From an uncultured Campylobacter sp. (GTDB lineage Bacteria > Campylobacterota > Campylobacteria > Campylobacterales > Campylobacteraceae), in the NCBI GenBank assembly GCA_963519915.1, contig CAUQPE010000001.1, forward strand, positions 1,191 to 65,190: 64,000 nt of DNA, given 5' to 3'. Within the stretch, counting starts at the first letter, position 1. The number at the start of each line of letters is the position of its first letter. The notes under the pieces were generated by a model. That model saw only the letters and a list, made by a program, of their open reading frames with translations. It did no database searches and was not told the DNA's origin. The position numbers and the translations under genes are program-made. Of this stretch, positions 62,152-64,000 are shown piece by piece.

Positions 62152-63423
62152 GTGAGATTTTTTTGGAAAGCGGCGGCGATGGCGGCGATTTGGGCCTTGC
62201 CGCTAGCTGCATCGGGCGAAATTTGCCTAAAAAAGACTATCTATAAAACGCAGGGCGACGCCGTGCCGCGCTACAAATACGAAACGAGCCAAGCTTACGA
62301 CGCGAAGGCTAGAGCGCTAGAAAAAATCTACGACGAAATCAGCGATGAGGGCAGGCGCAGGACGAAAAGCATTGTTAAATTTGACGAAAGAGGCGAGCGC
62401 GAAATCGGCAGTACCGAGTACGAGTGGGACTTTAGCGCCGAAAAATGGCGCAAAGCAGGGTTCTCAAAAACAGAGAGGACAAAGGACGGCGCGTTTGTTT
62501 ATATCGATACTCGCGGTCAAAACGGCAAACTAAGCCAAGGTCAAAAAACCGTCGAAAAGCGAACGGGCGCGACGGAAATCTCTCAAAATTTCACTCTAAA
62601 AAACGGCAAATGGACGCCGACGTATCTAATCAAAAGACTTTATGACGAAAACCACAAAACCACGCTCATAACGACCTTTGAGTGGAATACCAAAGCTAAA
62701 AAATGGATTCCGTACGAAAAATCGATATACCGCTACAAGGGTGACGTTTACGCTAGCTCCGAGGGCTATAAATGGCGCGGCAAATGGGTGCCGCAGACGA
62801 AGCACGCGGCCTTTACGGCTGCGGACGGAGCGCGCACCGAGATAAATTTCACGTGGGGCGAGGACGCGTGGCGACCGCAGGAGAGGACGGTGCAAAAAAT
62901 AGAGCCCGAGTTTAGGCGTTTTACCGATCTTAGATGCCGCTGGGACGCCGCAAAGAGCGAGTGGAACGGCTGCTACAAAAACGTGCGCGAGGAGACTGAA
63001 CAAGGTCGGCTAAAATACTCCGCATCGTCGTTTCGGCAGGAGGAGTCGCAACGCTGTGAGATAGTGTTTGAAAACGAACTTAGCTACGACGCGCGCGGTA
63101 ACTTGATAAAAAATCGCGAGACGTCAGACGGCGAACGGCGCGAGTACGTCTACGTCTACGACGAAGCGGGAAATAACGTATCCTCAGCGCTTCGCGAGCC
63201 AGATGAGAGCGGCAAATGGCGCGAAACGCAAAAAACGGTAAACGTATTTGAGCCAGAAATTTTAGCACGCGACGTCATGGATCGTGGATTCATTGGCGAC
63301 TACGTAGCCGCGGGCGAAAATGCGATCAAAAGCAGCATGCAGTATTTTTTAGACGGCGATGAGTTTAAGCTAAACGAGACGCTCGAGTGGTTTTACGAAA
63401 AATGCGAGCCGTCTCGCGAGTGA
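62152..63423 (+). CDS. Secreted Trp/Tyr-rich beta-hairpin repeat protein (paralog 2)
   Basis: Signal peptide; shares YET.Q.YDAKAR.LE, F.P.ILA.DV and FKL....W.Y with paralog 1; YDARGN and YDEAGN units. Confidence 0.8.
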   Translation: MRFFWKAAAMAAIWALPLAASGEICLKKTIYKTQGDAVPRYKYETSQAYDAKARALEKIYDEISDEGRRRTKSIVKFDERGEREIGSTEYEWDFSAEKWRKAGFSKTERTKDGAFVYIDTRGQNGKLSQGQKTVEKRTGATEISQNFTLKNGKWTPTYLIKRLYDENHKTTLITTFEWNTKAKKWIPYEKSIYRYKGDVYASSEGYKWRGKWVPQTKHAAFTAADGARTEINFTWGEDAWRPQERTVQKIEPEFRRFTDLRCRWDAAKSEWNGCYKNVREETEQGRLKYSASSFRQEESQRCEIVFENELSYDARGNLIKNRETSDGERREYVYVYDEAGNNVSSALREPDESGKWRETQKTVNVFEPEILARDVMDRGFIGDYVAAGENAIKSSMQYFLDGDEFKLNETLEWFYEKCEPSRE

Positions 63424-63541
63424 GCCCTATATCGTTCAAATTTCCCTTAGCAACGCGATAATGTTTGCTTGCGAGGCGGATTTTGGCGTCTAAATTTGAC
63501 GCGCGGCGGATGATGGTTTTTAAATAAAATTTAGGAGAAAT

Positions 63542-64000
63542 ATGCGAAATTTAGAGCAAATTTTAGCGTCGCTAGACGAGAGCGCGCAAAAGGTTTTGGT
63601 TTTAGGATGCGCAAAACACCCCGTTTGGGACGATGCGAACGAGGTTTTCGCGCTAGCTACGAGGCAAATTTTAGATAAAAGCCTAGGGTTGCAAAAGGGC
63701 GTGGATTATAGCAAAACTCCTAAATTTTATGGTGCCCGGCCGCTCGCGTTTATCGGCGTGCATGCGCAGATGATCGGGCGAAAAAGCATAGGATTTTTAC
63801 TCACGGAAAGACATCTTTTGGTTAAATTTGACGCGTCGGCCGTAAACGTAGACGAGGTAGCGGCGGCGTTTAGGCTCGATAAGTATTTGCAAAACGAGCT
63901 GGAAAATCTCGCGTGGCAAGAGCTGGAAAAATGCGAATTTGAAATCGAGGACGAGATGAAAGCGGCGATGAAAACTGCGCTGGAAGCGATCTTGCAGGCA
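63542..64000 (+). CDS. Hypothetical protein (runs off the window end)
   Basis: AGGAG SD, ATG 63542, open frame MRNLEQILASLDESAQKVLVLG... to the end of the window. Confidence 0.7.
   Translation, partial: MRNLEQILASLDESAQKVLVLGCAKHPVWDDANEVFALATRQILDKSLGLQKGVDYSKTPKFYGARPLAFIGVHAQMIGRKSIGFLLTERHLLVKFDASAVNVDEVAAAFRLDKYLQNELENLAWQELEKCEFEIEDEMKAAMKTALEAILQA

Overview
Chromosomal window from a Campylobacter. Gene content, synteny and moderate GC with AAATTT-rich intergenic DNA suggest an oral C. showae/C. rectus-like species, which is an inference. In order it holds: flagellar hook genes (flgE partial, flgD, fliK, with two sigma54 promoters); typA; an accessory block (two secreted CxxC metal-binding proteins, a TonB-dependent receptor broken by a 16-bp duplication and a nonsense codon, lemA/DUF3137, membrane, Sel1, lipoprotein and DUF4299 genes); the moaC operon; a PatB/MalY C-S lyase; a complete type I-B CRISPR-Cas locus (cas6-cas8b-cas7-cas5-cas3-cas4-cas2-cas1) with only a 3-repeat/2-spacer array and an adjacent Mrr-N-like gene; dnaG; rnhA-rnc-aroC; rnhB; a frameshifted Sel1 gene behind a T8-A9-G8 tract; the S10-spc-alpha ribosomal protein cluster; nifU-murE-panD-ybaB-ispA; and two paralogous secreted Trp-repeat proteins. 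The most notable unannotated signals are: a candidate ~60-nt two-hairpin sRNA with C/U-rich anti-SD loops (16902-16962); a 17-nt exact self-match of CRISPR spacer 1 at 56411-56427; a structured cas6-cas8b intergenic region with partial matches to spacer 2; a switch-like pseudoknot leader before rpmJ; and AAATTT-rich DNA inserted in frame in aroC. All calls were made by eye; no database searches were run.
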